From a virus, in the IMG/VR virus record IMGVR_UViG_3300009509_000014, positions 9,904 through 73,903 of that record: a DNA stretch of 64,000 nucleotides; one strand, written 5' to 3'. The notes beneath the pieces are model-generated. The model saw only the letters and a program-made list of their open reading frames with translations, did no database searches and had not been told where the DNA came from. Positions 55,833 through 64,000 of this stretch are shown piece by piece. A program made the position numbers and the translations under genes. Position 1 is the first letter of the stretch. Each line of letters opens with the position of its first letter.

Positions 55833-56395
55833 TGCCAATAAAAGATGAAATTATTATTCCAAGGAAGGGCGATCAGTCACTTGATGGAGATTTTTTACCA
55901 GGGACAGATGGAAGATGGAATGTTGGTTCCCTTGTAAAAAGATGGAGAGGAATCTTTGCTAAAAATATAACAGCAGAGTCGTATAGTGCAGCTTATGGCA
56001 GTGCAATAACACCAGGAATGATAATGGTAGGATATGCTGGAGGCGGGACTGCCTCTACACCGTCCATAGGGACATCGGAGACAACTATATGCACACTTGC
56101 AGTTACTGTTGATCAGCCATGTATCGCCCATGTCTTCGGAAGGGGTGCAGCTCAATGTTCTACATACACTGCAGTTCAGGACATTATTTTTAATCTAAAA
56201 AAGGGTTCGACAATTATAGATCAGGGATATTCAACAACCGGATTTCAATACTACCGTCATGCGGTCCCGCTTGAACATATAACAACAGTAGATACAGGAA
56301 CAACGACATTTTATATCAGGGCATATAAATCCAGTTCGTCTAATACAGTAGGAGGTTCTGGTACATCGCAAATATGGGTTGTGCTGTATTCTTAA
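55832..56395 (+). CDS. Short tail fibre or receptor-binding protein (putative)
   Basis: P.TDG..NVGS..KRW..IFA fibre motif; last structural gene. Confidence 0.55.
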   Translation: MPIKDEIIIPRKGDQSLDGDFLPGTDGRWNVGSLVKRWRGIFAKNITAESYSAAYGSAITPGMIMVGYAGGGTASTPSIGTSETTICTLAVTVDQPCIAHVFGRGAAQCSTYTAVQDIIFNLKKGSTIIDQGYSTTGFQYYRHAVPLEHITTVDTGTTTFYIRAYKSSSSNTVGGSGTSQIWVVLYS

Positions 56396-56401
56396 ATTGA
56401 C

Positions 56402-56430
56402 TTGACATCAATAAATGCCTGTACTATAAT
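56402..56430 (+). promoter_or_regulatory. Consensus sigma70-type promoter
   Basis: TTGACA-17-TATAAT. Confidence 0.85.
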
Positions 56431-56461
56431 TAGGCATAGGCATTTTATTTAGGAGGGTTTT

Positions 56462-57373
56462 ATGGGTGGTTGGAAAGACTTACCTTACAAAGTTAGAGAT
56501 AGATTGCTTGCACAGAAAATCGCTGGAGTGCCAGTTGAAGAGCTTGCAGAGGGCATTGGTGTTAGACCTACAACTCTTGACAGAAGACTCAGGGAATGGG
56601 CAAAAGTGAATGATACGCGCAAGTTGAGAAGGCCAAAGAACGAATATACAAAATGGAATGAGCCGCCAGTGTTTAGCGGAGATGCTACAATCGCTGGCGA
56701 TTTTCATTTGCCATACCTTGATTACAAATTCGCAGAGATCATGTTGGCAACATCAGCTATACTACTACCAGAACCAAGGCGACTTATTATTGCAGGCGAC
56801 CTATTTAATATGGATGCCTTTAGCTCATTCGGGGCTATGGAGATAGCCCCATCATTTAGAGATGAACTTGACGCTGCAGCTAGGTTCCTAGAGGATGCCT
56901 TGAAGGTCTATGACTCAATAGAGGTATTTCTTGGCAACCACGAATTGAGGTTTGTTTATAAACTACTTGGGCAGGTTGGAGGGGCAGAGCTTGGGAAGCT
57001 TGTTGGGGTAGATAAGGTGAGATTCCACGAATACTCGCATTGTATATTGTCAACGGTCACTGGAGAGTGGAGGATTACACACCAAAGGAATTTTAGTGTA
57101 AACTCTCAGGCAGTTGGCAGGAAGCTGGCACACAAATTCAGGCAGCATATAATCACTCACCACCAGCACAAGGTAAGCAAGGGGTTCGACGATTCTGGCA
57201 AAAGTATTATTATTGACAACGGATGCCTGGCAGATCAGTCATACTTCGATTACGTGAACAGGATTGACAACACATCTCCGTTAATGATGCAGAGTTTTGT
57301 CATTGTCAGGAATGGTGTTGGCAATTTGTTTGCAAATGATAAAGGATTCACGGACTACTCATTTTTAGGATAG
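56462..57373 (+). CDS. Calcineurin-like metallophosphoesterase with N-terminal HTH
   Basis: GDFH, AGDLFN, GNHE, THQ, HHQH; ELAE.IGV...TL.RRL. Confidence 0.88.
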   Translation: MGGWKDLPYKVRDRLLAQKIAGVPVEELAEGIGVRPTTLDRRLREWAKVNDTRKLRRPKNEYTKWNEPPVFSGDATIAGDFHLPYLDYKFAEIMLATSAILLPEPRRLIIAGDLFNMDAFSSFGAMEIAPSFRDELDAAARFLEDALKVYDSIEVFLGNHELRFVYKLLGQVGGAELGKLVGVDKVRFHEYSHCILSTVTGEWRITHQRNFSVNSQAVGRKLAHKFRQHIITHHQHKVSKGFDDSGKSIIIDNGCLADQSYFDYVNRIDNTSPLMMQSFVIVRNGVGNLFANDKGFTDYSFLG

Positions 57374-57375
57374 AA

Positions 57376-57424
57376 TAAAAAAAGGCACAGGGCTTACTCA
57401 AATCGCTTCGGCCCTGTGCCTTTT
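57376..57424. terminator. Bidirectional terminator at the convergence of the two arms
   Basis: A7-GGCACAGGGC...GCCCTGTGCC-TTTT. Confidence 0.85.
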
Positions 57425-57958
57425 CGGTTCCTGGCGTATTGCGCGATCTGGCTAAACCTGATAGACTTCAGTTTGCCTGGAACCTTATATTATCCGCGTC
57501 CACCCGTTCGTTCAGTCGCGACATATAAGTCCTACTAGGGCAGACGCACGTAGGACTTTTTTCGCGAAGCTGGTTTTGTGGCCCCCCGATTCGCACCCTA
57601 GAGTAACCAAATCTGCAGTTGGTCTACACCACGCGCCGCTTGATTCATTTATATAACGCCGAGTGCGTGTATTCCCTTTCGTTGCTTGAGGTATCACCCT
57701 CACCACAACGAATTTCGCGCGATCTTGTTACAGGTGCCGAGAAGGTCTCATTTTCCAAGGTCGGACCTATTTACCCGTTTATTCCTGTGCAGTGTCTGTC
57801 CTCAACAGTTCATTCCGCTTCCCCTGGGGACTTATGCGATTCCGCTGCCAGGGGCTTTTGGACTTTCCTGTCGATTCATCCAGCACAAATTAAGCCCAGG
57901 CTTCAACGGGAGCCTAGCGTTACCCTGCTAAAACCATCACCCCGCTTTTGCCCTACGC
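57425..57958 (-). ncRNA. Large structured RNA (~540 nt), family unknown
   Basis: Bounded by promoter copy 5 and the terminator. Many helices and long-range complementarities; no credible ORF. Confidence 0.72.
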
Positions 57959-57960
57959 AT

Positions 57961-57989
57961 ATTATACTGGAGTAACTGTACTTTGTTGA
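57961..57989 (-). promoter_or_regulatory. Conserved phage promoter, copy 5
   Basis: TCAACA-AAGTACAGTTACTCCAG(17)-TATAAT. Confidence 0.8.
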
Positions 57990-57992
57990 GAA

Positions 57993-58760
57993 TTATTCAA
58001 CTTTTGATCCCAATCTCTTTGTGAACCAATCAATAACTTGATCTGGCCAGTTTCCGTCTAGTACGAATTTGTACTCTTCCAAAACATACTGATCGCCACC
58101 GTCCTCCGTGTATTCTCTGTACACAATCCCAGTTCTAGCGGCGACATCAAACGATGATGTGATCTTCGTCTCGCGGAGTACGTCGTATTTTATATACTCC
58201 AACGCACCGGACTTTGAACCCGTGTCTAGTGCTTTGTTGACCGTATCTTGCCATGAGTTGTTTTCAAGTGCTAGGTTATCGCTACCCTCATCGGCAGACG
58301 CCAACTTCGATGCTGCGCCAGAGCTTAAAAGCAATAACTTGAAGGCAGACTCTGGTATAACTTCCCTATCGTCACAAAGTACACGATACACTTTTAGCCT
58401 ACTGAATAACGTCTGCCTACTTTTCCCTGTCATGTCTGCGACATATGACAAGTACGCCTCTAGTGTTGGATATACAGGGATATCAGAAACACTTAGTGTT
58501 CCACCACCACACTTCGGGCAAGTATCATCTGCGCCGTCAAATACAAACCCGCAAGAATTACACTTTGACTCTGGCGACGTTAGCTGGAGGAAGAGCTTGG
58601 AACGCCAGACCATATATAGCCTGGCCATTCCACGCTCAACCACAAAATTCCCGACAGCAAGCTCTCCGATGATAGTATCGGTATCTTCTACTATGTCGCC
58701 AGTTAGCGTTGGGAATGACGCATCCTGAATGATCAGGTCTTTAGCTCCCATCTTCTTCAT
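57993..58760 (-). CDS. Hypothetical protein with zinc ribbon
   Basis: CNSCG...CPKCG. Confidence 0.75.
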   Translation of the reverse strand: MKKMGAKDLIIQDASFPTLTGDIVEDTDTIIGELAVGNFVVERGMARLYMVWRSKLFLQLTSPESKCNSCGFVFDGADDTCPKCGGGTLSVSDIPVYPTLEAYLSYVADMTGKSRQTLFSRLKVYRVLCDDREVIPESAFKLLLLSSGAASKLASADEGSDNLALENNSWQDTVNKALDTGSKSGALEYIKYDVLRETKITSSFDVAARTGIVYREYTEDGGDQYVLEEYKFVLDGNWPDQVIDWFTKRLGSKVE

Positions 58761-59643
58761 TCTTTTCGGAGGCTGCTATAAATTCAGCAAGTGCTACCTC
58801 CCACGTTTTTTCACCAAGGGACCCTGTAATCTCTAGTGCCTGTTTCCAGGTAACCTCCCCTGCTGAGATCGTCTTGGCAACATTGTTAAGTAGAAGCAAC
58901 TGCCGAGCAGACAGATTCTCAATGGACTTCACTTTTTTGTCACCAACAATAGCTTGCAGGCTATTACTCACAAACTCTGAAAGTCCTGCAGTCTTAATCG
59001 CCGTTTTAATTTGTGCAACAAGACCTTTCCGGTGGGCTGCGGCAAGTTCATTCTCTTTTGCAATAGCATCATAGGTATCCGGAGCCTCAAGGAGCATTTT
59101 CTTCATCAACAGCTTGATAAGATTAGATTCGTCGGCGGGGGTTGCCCCACTATCGCTTTTCAGAACAATCTCCCCATCACTTGTCGCCAGATTCCCTTTA
59201 TAGGCGTCTATACCAACCCCCATTCTGGAAGCTGCCTTGCCCAGTGCATTACTGATAGCACTTTTCTGTGCATCTGATACGGGGACGCTTCCACTCCCCT
59301 TTGCATTTCCACCAACCCCATATATAGGCTCCGACCACACAGAACTAGCATCTTGTAATGGAGCAAATGTTTCTTGCATTGGGTCCCAAACAAAAGGTTT
59401 CGTACCTTTATCTGTAACTCTATATTGCAGTGCAACCTCTGTAACAATTTCCTTGCCGTGTTCTACAAACGGTGAGTGAGAGTATCTCCACCCCATTCCC
59501 AGTAGGCCAAATACATTATTTAGTCGCTCTATAACAAACGCACCACGGATTCCAATAAGCGGGAATCCACGGCTCTTGTCTGTATTATAAGCGTTTTGAG
59601 GAAACTCGGCTGATAGTGCCGTGTAAATCTCTTTCGTGTCCAT
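58741..59643 (-). CDS. Rad52/Sak-family single-strand annealing protein
   Basis: VIERLN.VFG..GW, DA.KSA.SNAL.KAA..MGVG.D.Y. Confidence 0.88.
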   Translation of the reverse strand: MDTKEIYTALSAEFPQNAYNTDKSRGFPLIGIRGAFVIERLNNVFGLLGMGWRYSHSPFVEHGKEIVTEVALQYRVTDKGTKPFVWDPMQETFAPLQDASSVWSEPIYGVGGNAKGSGSVPVSDAQKSAISNALGKAASRMGVGIDAYKGNLATSDGEIVLKSDSGATPADESNLIKLLMKKMLLEAPDTYDAIAKENELAAAHRKGLVAQIKTAIKTAGLSEFVSNSLQAIVGDKKVKSIENLSARQLLLLNNVAKTISAGEVTWKQALEITGSLGEKTWEVALAEFIAASEKNEEDGS

Positions 59644-59644
59644 T

Positions 59645-60043
59645 TTATTCTACCTGTAAGCTCCTTAAAAAATCTTCTTTTGTAATATTGAACGCCGTTT
59701 TGTCGGCATATTCCCACACCTTTAGTGGGCATTGTGGGGTTAAGAGAAGGGGCGTAACTATCGTATAATCCTTCTCGTCTCTTTTCCCAGGCCATATCAT
59801 AAAATGATCGCCTGCAAAACACCTCCAACACTTCTGATCCGATACGATATATCCGTCCGATTGCGAAAGCATTTTTATAATGTAGTTTTTTGCTGTATCT
59901 TCGCCATACATCGGAGGCGCATCAGTCTCTACAGGCTCCAACTTTGCACTACTGCACTTTGGGCAGGCGTCTAGTGCATATCCCAGGTTATTCCAAAGGA
60001 TTTCACATTCTGGACAGTACCACTTGGTAATTTTCTTAGTCAT
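59645..60043 (-). CDS. Hypothetical zinc-ribbon protein
   Basis: CPEC...CPKC; CWRC..H..C. Confidence 0.7.
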   Translation of the reverse strand: MTKKITKWYCPECEILWNNLGYALDACPKCSSAKLEPVETDAPPMYGEDTAKNYIIKMLSQSDGYIVSDQKCWRCFAGDHFMIWPGKRDEKDYTIVTPLLLTPQCPLKVWEYADKTAFNITKEDFLRSLQVE

Positions 60044-61409
60044 ACCGATCTCCCGCAGTAAATTGCCCTCTATCGTTTGTGAGCCTGAAATAGACAGGCT
60101 CGTACCTAAATACTCCCCAAAATTGTCTACCAGTCCTCCTATTCTTTGTTACCTGCAATACAGTATGATTCAAATATGAGTAGTCTTGCACCATTGTTCC
60201 GGTTTCGGCGTCCTGAACAATACCAGAGTGCTTACACCCCATTATACCATAGTCCATAGCGTTTCGCAAGCCCCTGCTACCACGAAAATCCTTGTTATAC
60301 ACAACCATATTGTTTTGCAGAAGCTCTTGTTCTACCTCAAACGGAACCTGGCTATACGCCGCAAGCGGCACGTTGTTTTTCTGAGCTAGGCTAACAAGCG
60401 AGTAGGCCATAGATTCTAGTTCGGCCCACTCTCCACGGCCTTCACGGTCACTCCTTCTGACAATGCCAAGATGGTCAACCTCATTCAGTATGGGGACACC
60501 GCCGAACTCAGCCTTGTGCCTTCTAATACGCCTCTCTATTTCCACGGCATTTGCTGGCGTGTCATAGACACGAACCCATGCGTCTAACAAAGCCTCAGCG
60601 AATCTCACCCTGTCAAGTTCGTCTTCGCTTGAGGCTCTTCCGCCTGGGTTCTCAGCAACATCAAGGGAGACATTCGCAAGATCGCAAAGCATCCTGAACA
60701 ATAAATCCCTTGCTGGCATTTCCATAGAATGTATTATGGTTGGTTGACCAGCCTCACATCTCCTACTTGCGAAGTTACAACACAAACTTGTTTTCCCGTG
60801 ACCGCTAGGCATACCTATTATGTAGAACTTGGAAGGTATCCAACCGCCGTCTATTGCCACGTCAAGTCGTGGGAATCCTGTGCTTTCGGGGGTGTTTAGC
60901 TTTTGCAACCTTGCAGCTTCTAAAATATCTCGCGGCCTTCCAGTTGACTCGCCACCAATAAGCATTCCAGAAATTGTGTCAGATAGCTCTACGAAGCTTT
61001 TACTGATAGCACCACCAACCTGCCCACTCTTTACGCCAGCAAGCCAATCTTCAATCGCAGAACTCACGCGGCGTCTGTCAAACTCTTCAGCTAGGGCATT
61101 TGCAACATCCTTCTGTAATGATATTGCTGGCTGCTCCATTTGATCTATTCTACTAGCCCATCCGTTTGCAATTTCCGGAGAGGATAACTTCTCTATTTCC
61201 AGGACCACATCAGCTATACCAGGGATAGCCCCTTGCGGAGCCATTCTTGCATAACTTTTTGCAGCAGCGATATATAAAATCCTTGCGTGTGCGTTCGGGA
61301 TAGAGTCTGCTTGAAAATCTCTTGTGTCAACAAGCCACTTCACATACGTAAAGTCTGACTTCACACTCCACATTAACGACTTTGTAAAATAAACAACTTT
61401 ATTTTCCAT
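60036..61409 (-). CDS. DnaB-like replicative helicase
   Basis: TGF..LD...GG, GMPSGHGKT, SMEMP, VDHL, SQ, FRGS, KNR.G. Confidence 0.9.
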   Translation of the reverse strand: MENKVVYFTKSLMWSVKSDFTYVKWLVDTRDFQADSIPNAHARILYIAAAKSYARMAPQGAIPGIADVVLEIEKLSSPEIANGWASRIDQMEQPAISLQKDVANALAEEFDRRRVSSAIEDWLAGVKSGQVGGAISKSFVELSDTISGMLIGGESTGRPRDILEAARLQKLNTPESTGFPRLDVAIDGGWIPSKFYIIGMPSGHGKTSLCCNFASRRCEAGQPTIIHSMEMPARDLLFRMLCDLANVSLDVAENPGGRASSEDELDRVRFAEALLDAWVRVYDTPANAVEIERRIRRHKAEFGGVPILNEVDHLGIVRRSDREGRGEWAELESMAYSLVSLAQKNNVPLAAYSQVPFEVEQELLQNNMVVYNKDFRGSRGLRNAMDYGIMGCKHSGIVQDAETGTMVQDYSYLNHTVLQVTKNRRTGRQFWGVFRYEPVYFRLTNDRGQFTAGDRYD

Positions 61410-61421
61410 TGTGACGAATCA

Positions 61422-61449
61422 CGCTAGGGCAGCTTCCGCCGCCCTAGCG
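61422..61449 (-). promoter_or_regulatory. 12-bp GNRA hairpin just upstream of the helicase start
   Basis: CGCTAGGGCGGC-GGAA-GCTGCCCTAGCG. Confidence 0.6.
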
Positions 61450-61467
61450 CATATCTCCAATCTAATG

Positions 61468-61824
61468 TTATGCAACACGTAGAGGGACTGCGTTATCCTT
61501 CGCCAAGTCTGTTGCAAACGAATCCCATACGGGAAATAGCGTTGGTGCCGAATATGTATACCAGTCCTTTGACCGATCAGGCGATCTCCACTTTACTGCG
61601 TGAGGGGTGTCAACGATAATTCCGTTGGCCCTCATTGTCAAGATTGCTCGCTTCACAAGCGAAAGGTCATAACCGTCTCGCTTGAGGAGCTTCGCCTTTG
61701 CCATAATCGTCCTAAACGCAGAAGACTTAACATCTACGTCTGCCTTGGTCTGCGGTTGGCTAAACCACCACACCGCAAACATGAATATGTCATTTACTCT
61801 TCTTTTTTGTTCCAGTGTTCCCAT
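61468..61824 (-). CDS. Hypothetical protein
   Basis: Co-oriented, overlaps the upstream gene. Confidence 0.6.
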   Translation of the reverse strand: MGTLEQKRRVNDIFMFAVWWFSQPQTKADVDVKSSAFRTIMAKAKLLKRDGYDLSLVKRAILTMRANGIIVDTPHAVKWRSPDRSKDWYTYSAPTLFPVWDSFATDLAKDNAVPLRVA

Positions 61825-62612
61825 GTTCGTCTGGCGACTTCCTGCCTCCTTCCTAACAGTGATCGGCTAATACCAGATTTTCTGGCGACGATTGACCGCC
61901 AGCCAGTTCCATCCCTTTCCTGGTACGCCTCCACCGCTAGATCGTAAATGCTAATATCAGCATACTCTCCGTTCAGGACAGTTGACACATAGCCAAAGAC
62001 CTTCCTTGCCAGTGTCGCCATCATTCTGAACCTTACCTTTTCCTCTGCAGCTATCAAATCCTCTGCGCCGAATGTATACCCAAGGACCGTTTCTATCATC
62101 AGGCCATCATCATCGCCTCCACCAACCGTGTCAAGACTAAAGGCTAGATTCCTGTTTTCCGTTGCGTCTGCCTTGGCTGCATCAGCTAGTGCATTCTTTA
62201 CGATAGTTATGGCCCATGTTCTGAACGACCCCTTTCGTTGGTCGTACTGTTTGAAATTCTTTACCATGCTGAACAAGGCTTCGGCCAGCGCGTCTTCTAC
62301 AAGATGAAGCGGCAGGTTATGTCCGGACGCATAAGAGTAAGCATACCTCCGGATTATGTCGATATTCTTATGGCCCCTTGGCCCCGCATCTTCGAATAGC
62401 TTCTTTACGATCATGCGGTTGTAGATAACGGTTGATCTCTTCCTCCCGCATTTGCACTTCGAAGACTCAACAACAATCTCCCCGCACATGTCACATTTCC
62501 AGGATGATACCCTTTCTGCCTTACAGTTCGGGCAGTCCGAATAGGCCGTTACTGGTGACCTGCACTTCGGACACCACCAGACAACCTTCTTTGCCACACC
62601 CCTTTCATTCAT
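61794..62612 (-). CDS. Sigma70-family factor with N-terminal double zinc ribbon
   Basis: CPKC/CPNC/CDMC/CKC; region 2 EDALAEA..YD..KGSFRTWA...VKN.L.D; C-terminal HTH VARKSGISRS. Start moved to MNERG (GGAG SD). Confidence 0.75.
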   Translation of the reverse strand: MNERGVAKKVVWWCPKCRSPVTAYSDCPNCKAERVSSWKCDMCGEIVVESSKCKCGRKRSTVIYNRMIVKKLFEDAGPRGHKNIDIIRRYAYSYASGHNLPLHLVEDALAEALFSMVKNFKQYDQRKGSFRTWAITIVKNALADAAKADATENRNLAFSLDTVGGGDDDGLMIETVLGYTFGAEDLIAAEEKVRFRMMATLARKVFGYVSTVLNGEYADISIYDLAVEAYQERDGTGWRSIVARKSGISRSLLGRRQEVARRTWEHWNKKEE

Positions 62613-62614
62613 GG

Positions 62615-62755
62615 CTATAACACTCCGAAGATCAGGGCTGCTGCCCCAATCACAACTATAAACGGTGCAGCTACAAGTAGCAATCCACCTACAATCGCCA
62701 CTAACAGAATTGCCGACGCCAACCATACAAGTAGCCTAATTGTTATATTTAGCAT
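62615..62755 (-). CDS. 46-aa hydrophobic membrane peptide (not in the ORF track)
   Basis: MLNITIRLLVWLASAILLVAIVGGLLLVAAPFIVVIGAAALIFGVL; exactly fills the gap between recombinase and sigma genes. Confidence 0.7.
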   Translation of the reverse strand: MLNITIRLLVWLASAILLVAIVGGLLLVAAPFIVVIGAAALIFGVL

Positions 62756-62758
62756 TTC

Positions 62759-63580
62759 CTACCCCCTTGAAATCGCGATGGATTGTATTGCTTCCCTCAT
62801 GGAACCACGATCAGGATGAATGTAATTCATTGTGGTTGTTACATTCGCGTGTCCCATAAGGGCAGATATCTTCGGCAGCGACAGGCCAGCTTCGTCAAGC
62901 CTGTTAGCGAACGTATGACGCGCACTATGGGGAGTTACACCAACAATACCCGCCTTTTCCGCTAGCCGACGGAAGGTGTTTAGTACAAAATTGTACGAAA
63001 CTGGCTCCTTCCCCCCGTTTGTGAAAACATAGCTGTCTCCAGCAGCCGCCAAGGTTTCTTGCAGCTTTTTTGACAAGTCTCTCATTTCCTGAGTTGTAAA
63101 AACTTCAATCTCACGGTCGTTCTTTACCACTAACTTGAACGACTCGGCGGAAAGGTCCTTATACCTGATCATTGGAATTGATCCAGCCCTTAACCCTGTA
63201 TCGAACAGGAGTATAGTAACAAGTCTGTCTTCGACTGTCTCAGCCGCCGCAACGAACGCCTTAAGCTCTTCTAAGGTAAACGCTCTTCGTTTCTTTGGAG
63301 GCCTTCCAGCCGGTACGGAGATTGTGTCAAGAAGCGTTGGGGAGTTACATTCTCCAATAGATACCTTGTACTTGACAAGTCTGCGAAGGGCTGACATTCT
63401 GATCGTTATTGTCGATCTTGAAAGCTCTCCCCAGGTAGCGACTATCTTCTGTACATTCGTGGCCGTAAGCTCTATTCCAACAAAGTCAGACAGCGCAGAA
63501 CGATATGTCTCTACCGTGTGTATATTATACAGGAAGTTGACAACTTTGTCAACATCGTCATTGGAGACAATCGACATCAC
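62759..63580 (-). CDS. Tyrosine recombinase/integrase (XerC/D-like)
   Basis: TGLR, K, HSARHTFA, MGHA..TT.NY catalytic residues. Confidence 0.93.
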   Translation of the reverse strand: MMSIVSNDDVDKVVNFLYNIHTVETYRSALSDFVGIELTATNVQKIVATWGELSRSTITIRMSALRRLVKYKVSIGECNSPTLLDTISVPAGRPPKKRRAFTLEELKAFVAAAETVEDRLVTILLFDTGLRAGSIPMIRYKDLSAESFKLVVKNDREIEVFTTQEMRDLSKKLQETLAAAGDSYVFTNGGKEPVSYNFVLNTFRRLAEKAGIVGVTPHSARHTFANRLDEAGLSLPKISALMGHANVTTTMNYIHPDRGSMREAIQSIAISRG

Positions 63581-63879
63581 GGCCTCCAGTCTCGATCAGG
63601 ATCGTGTTTGGATTCTTGCTCAATCGGGACGCGAACCATTTCTGTTGCAAGGAATCCTGAAACCCCAGGATCGTCTGGACTTACAGCCGCCTTCTTGACA
63701 CTCACGTTGCGGCTGTTCGTAAGATTTGTGACATAAGCCTTCGCGGAAATCTCTTCCCGCCGAGTGGGTGCCTCCCTGACCCACGCACGCATTGAAGCTC
63801 CATCTGCAAATTCTACAACGTCAACCAGGCGTCCGTCCTTGAGAAAGTTTCCTTGTCCAAACTGCACGCCGTACTTCAT
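63577..63879 (-). CDS. Hypothetical protein
   Basis: Start MKYGV with GGAGG SD; stop overlaps the next start. Confidence 0.7.
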   Translation of the reverse strand: MKYGVQFGQGNFLKDGRLVDVVEFADGASMRAWVREAPTRREEISAKAYVTNLTNSRNVSVKKAAVSPDDPGVSGFLATEMVRVPIEQESKHDPDRDWRP

Positions 63880-64000
63880 GACCAACCCTCCTTGTTTTGA
63901 TGATGTACCCAATACACATTGATTCTGACATGGAAGCGGCTCGGCAAGTTCACGTTGGCCTCCACGCGATTAGGCCAAGATTTCAACCTTGTCCCTCGTC

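Noticed and set aside
57820-57958. RNase P RNA (GGAAAGUCC, AGGGCA, GGUAACGC fragments)
   Set aside because: The fragments are in the wrong order and the 3' ACAGAA.CCGGCUUA half of P4 is absent.
57512-57975. ORFs of 64-118 aa in the intergenic region
   Set aside because: No SD, atypical composition and overlapping on both strands; the structured-RNA reading fits better.
62759-63580. Prophage boundary or att site near the recombinase
   Set aside because: The gene is embedded in a coupled operon, and no att repeat or host genes are visible. It may be a dimer resolvase.

Overview
A 64-kb segment of a tailed dsDNA bacteriophage (or prophage) with siphovirus-like morphogenesis genes. No host housekeeping operons are visible. 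Minus-strand early/replication arms occupy 1-17.75 kb and 57.4-64 kb. They encode RecU-like resolvase, three DNA methyltransferases, beta clamp, RecA, SSB, class II RNR, dUTPase, exonuclease, tRNA-Leu, tRNA-Ala, Rad52-like annealer, DnaB-like helicase, a sigma-like factor and a tyrosine recombinase. These arms flank a plus-strand morphogenesis arm (17.8-57.4 kb): terminases, portal, protease/scaffold, capsid, double-glycosidase lysin, three 14-aa-repeat fibre-like proteins, interspersed glycosyl-, sulfo- and methyltransferases, tail tube, chaperones, tape measure and baseplate. The most notable observation is a four-gene cassette at 244-4313 that reads as a phage-encoded ubiquitin-like conjugation pathway. 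It comprises a MoaD/CysO-like beta-grasp protein ending in Gly, an E2-like protein with a Cys-rich tail, a ThiF/E1 enzyme and a papain/OTU-like Cys protease. The phage also carries three long non-coding, heavily base-paired RNAs (about 250, 370 and 540 nt). All three, and the Ubl gene, lie downstream of one shared five-copy promoter motif. All assignments come from reading motifs by eye; no database searches or folding computations were run.
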